36,488 nucleotides of DNA, from IMG/VR virus record IMGVR_UViG_3300021076_000041. One strand, 5' to 3'. Below are positions 35,019 through 36,488 of this stretch, piece by piece. The first letter of the stretch is position 1. Each line of letters starts with the position of its first letter. A model generated the notes under the pieces. The model ran no database searches and was not told the DNA's origin. It was given only the letters and a program-made list of their open reading frames with translations. The DNA comes from a virus. The translations under genes and the position numbers were made by a program.

Positions 35019-36215
35019 ATGGATAAAACGGTTGAAAAACTAGTCAGAGCTCGTGTCGCAATGTTATTGCATAATCCATTCTTTGGAAATTTGGCAGTTC
35101 GTTTGAAATTGAAAGATATGACTGACAGCATGCCAACCGCCGGCACTGATGGTAGATATTTCTATTACAATCGAGATTTCATCAACAAGTTGAATCCAAA
35201 AGAGCTCATCTTCCTGTGGGCCCATGAAGTCCTGCATTGCTGTTATCAGCATATGTCAAAATCAAGAAAAGGATCAAGACATCATCAGATGTGGAACGCA
35301 GCCAATGATTATGTAATCAATTGGGAATTGCATGAGCACAAGATTGGACAATTACCAGATCCAAAGACTTCCGGTGTTCAGATATGTTTCGATGAAAAAT
35401 ACAAAGGAATGTGTTCCGAACAAGTGTATGATTTGCTTGATAAGAGTACGACTCGTATCTCAGTAATGGCAAATGGCAACGGTGGGTTTGATATTCACTT
35501 CGACGAAGACAATGCTGAATCGCCTGAAGGAAAGATGACTGAGGAAGAGAAGCGTGAATTGAGCGACGAAATTCGTCAGGCTGTAATGCAGGCAGCTAAG
35601 GTTGATAAACCTGGTAATATTCCATCCGGTATCAAAAGATTAATACACGATCTCACTGAACCACAGATGGATTGGCGTGAGTTTCTAAACATGCAGATTC
35701 AAAGTGCGTTCAAATCGGACTACACATTCTCGAGGCCAAACAGGAAAAGTCAGAATGGAATTATTCTCCCGGGACAAATTCCAGATACCAAGATAGATGT
35801 ATGCGTCAGTATTGACTGCTCGGGGTCTATGAGTGATTCAATGCTGAAAGATCTACTTGGCGAAGTAAAGGGAATTATGGAACAGTTTCTAGATTTCAAA
35901 GTTCGCCTGTGGTGCTTCGATACTGCTGTCTATGGATATGCTGAATTCACGCCAGACAATCTCCAAGATATCATGACTTACGAAATCAAGGGTGGCGGCG
36001 GAACAGCATTTCAGTGTAACTGGGATTATATGAGAGCGCACGATATTGTTCCTCATAGATTCATTATGATGACTGATGGATATGGTGAATCAGATTGGTG
36101 TGAGGGTGAAGCGGATTACTGCGAAACTATATTCCTTGTTCATAGTAACTCAGCACGAAATTTAGAGTCACCACACGGAATGACTGTGTACTATGACGCA
36201 CCCGAACCCAAATAG
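35019..36215 (+). CDS. metallopeptidase-like + VWA-domain protein (partner of the MoxR/CobS-type ATPase)
   Basis: HExxH motif in LWAHEVLHCCYQH in the N-terminal domain. The MIDAS-type DxSGS motif (VSIDCSGSMSD) and ..MMTDGYG lie in the C-terminal VWA domain. Confidence 0.7.
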   Translation: MDKTVEKLVRARVAMLLHNPFFGNLAVRLKLKDMTDSMPTAGTDGRYFYYNRDFINKLNPKELIFLWAHEVLHCCYQHMSKSRKGSRHHQMWNAANDYVINWELHEHKIGQLPDPKTSGVQICFDEKYKGMCSEQVYDLLDKSTTRISVMANGNGGFDIHFDEDNAESPEGKMTEEEKRELSDEIRQAVMQAAKVDKPGNIPSGIKRLIHDLTEPQMDWREFLNMQIQSAFKSDYTFSRPNRKSQNGIILPGQIPDTKIDVCVSIDCSGSMSDSMLKDLLGEVKGIMEQFLDFKVRLWCFDTAVYGYAEFTPDNLQDIMTYEIKGGGGTAFQCNWDYMRAHDIVPHRFIMMTDGYGESDWCEGEADYCETIFLVHSNSARNLESPHGMTVYYDAPEPK

Positions 36216-36225
36216 GAATCTGTGT

Positions 36226-36278
36226 TTCATTGTTGAAAATCTTGGTCGTTTCATTGAGGCTTCCAAGATTTTCATTGA
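36226..36278 (+). repeat. three direct TTTCATTG repeats interleaved with an 11-bp inverted repeat
   Basis: TTTCATTG occurs at 36226-36233, 36250-36257 and 36271-36278. GAAAATCTTGG (36236-36246) pairs with CCAAGATTTTC (36264-36274). Confidence 0.6.
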
Positions 36279-36334
36279 ATTTAGCATGCAAAATAAAGCA
36301 TAGGCCGTAGTAGCAGGTCATTGTGCTATGTGCT

Positions 36335-36381
36335 AAATTCCTATGTTTTTCGTAGGAATTTCCATAGGTTATTGCTATAAT
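36335..36381 (+). promoter_or_regulatory. inverted repeat overlapping a weak promoter
   Basis: AAATTCCTA (36335-36343) pairs with TAGGAATTT (36353-36361). ttgcTATAAT has its -10 at 36376-36381; the -35 position (TAGGAA) falls in the right arm. TGTGCTA TGTGCTA tandem repeat at 36322-36335. Confidence 0.35.
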
Positions 36382-36401
36382 TTCGGGGTATGTGCGCATA
36401 T

Positions 36402-36488
36402 ATGGATCAAGAATTAAAAACTTTCGTACTACTGAAATACGAAATCTTAACATCAAATTCCAATACTTGGGATAGATGCGAGGCCGCT
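36402..36488 (+). CDS. hypothetical protein, N-terminal part (E-x-x-F-x-x-L-K-Y family), runs off the window
   Basis: ATG 36402. MDQELKTFVLLKYEILTSNSNTWDRCEAA.. has an N-terminus like 13546 (DELETFIRLKY) and 176 (EDEVFIRLKY). Confidence 0.4.
   Translation, partial: MDQELKTFVLLKYEILTSNSNTWDRCEAA

Noticed and set aside
36127-36456. 109-aa minus-strand ORF.
   Set aside because: It overlaps the 3' end of the VWA gene and the repeat-rich intergenic region. It has no RBS and a low-complexity, stop-avoiding composition, so it is likely spurious.
36428-36460. The hairpin TTCGTA-ctactgaaa-TACGAA looked like a tRNA anticodon arm, which would be interesting given the frameshift pattern.
   Set aside because: No acceptor stem, D-arm or T-arm (GTTCRA) can be drawn around it. 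It lies inside a plausible protein-coding start (MDQELKTFVLLKYEIL..).

Overview
This is an AT-rich fragment of a tailed dsDNA phage genome, not a bacterial chromosome. Genes are densely packed and almost all on the + strand, with many ATGA/TAATG start-stop overlaps. Replication genes look T4-like: a family-B DNA polymerase, a candidate sliding clamp and an RNase H/FEN. Auxiliary genes include phoH, a CobS/MoxR-type AAA ATPase paired with a VWA-metallopeptidase, a second AAA ATPase, a macro domain, a kinase-like protein and two superinfection-immunity-family proteins. A translation/proteostasis block carries IF-1, a J-domain protein and ClpA. A dispersed 7-deazaguanine set (DpdA-like transglycosylase, QueD-like, QueE-like) sits near a glycosyltransferase, an epimerase and a phosphoribosyltransferase.

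Three things stand out:
1. At least 22 single-base reading-frame breaks in 13 genes, including phoH, DNA polymerase, dpdA and queD. Each is resolved by skipping one extra C directly 5' of an in-phase GGT/GGC glycine codon on the coding strand.
2. An 11-copy tandem array (23986-26834) of 64-82 aa paralogs. Each ends in ..EDLxAFILKYGHIYG, and those C-terminal codons carry the start codon of the next copy. Diverged relatives are scattered through the window.
3. Two recurrent intergenic motif sets: TTGACw-N17-(tgc)TAyAmT sigma70-like promoters, and GATAAATA boxes resembling the T4 late promoter.

No rRNA, tRNA, CRISPR array or transposase was seen. All homology calls come from reading motifs by eye in the supplied translations; no searches were run.
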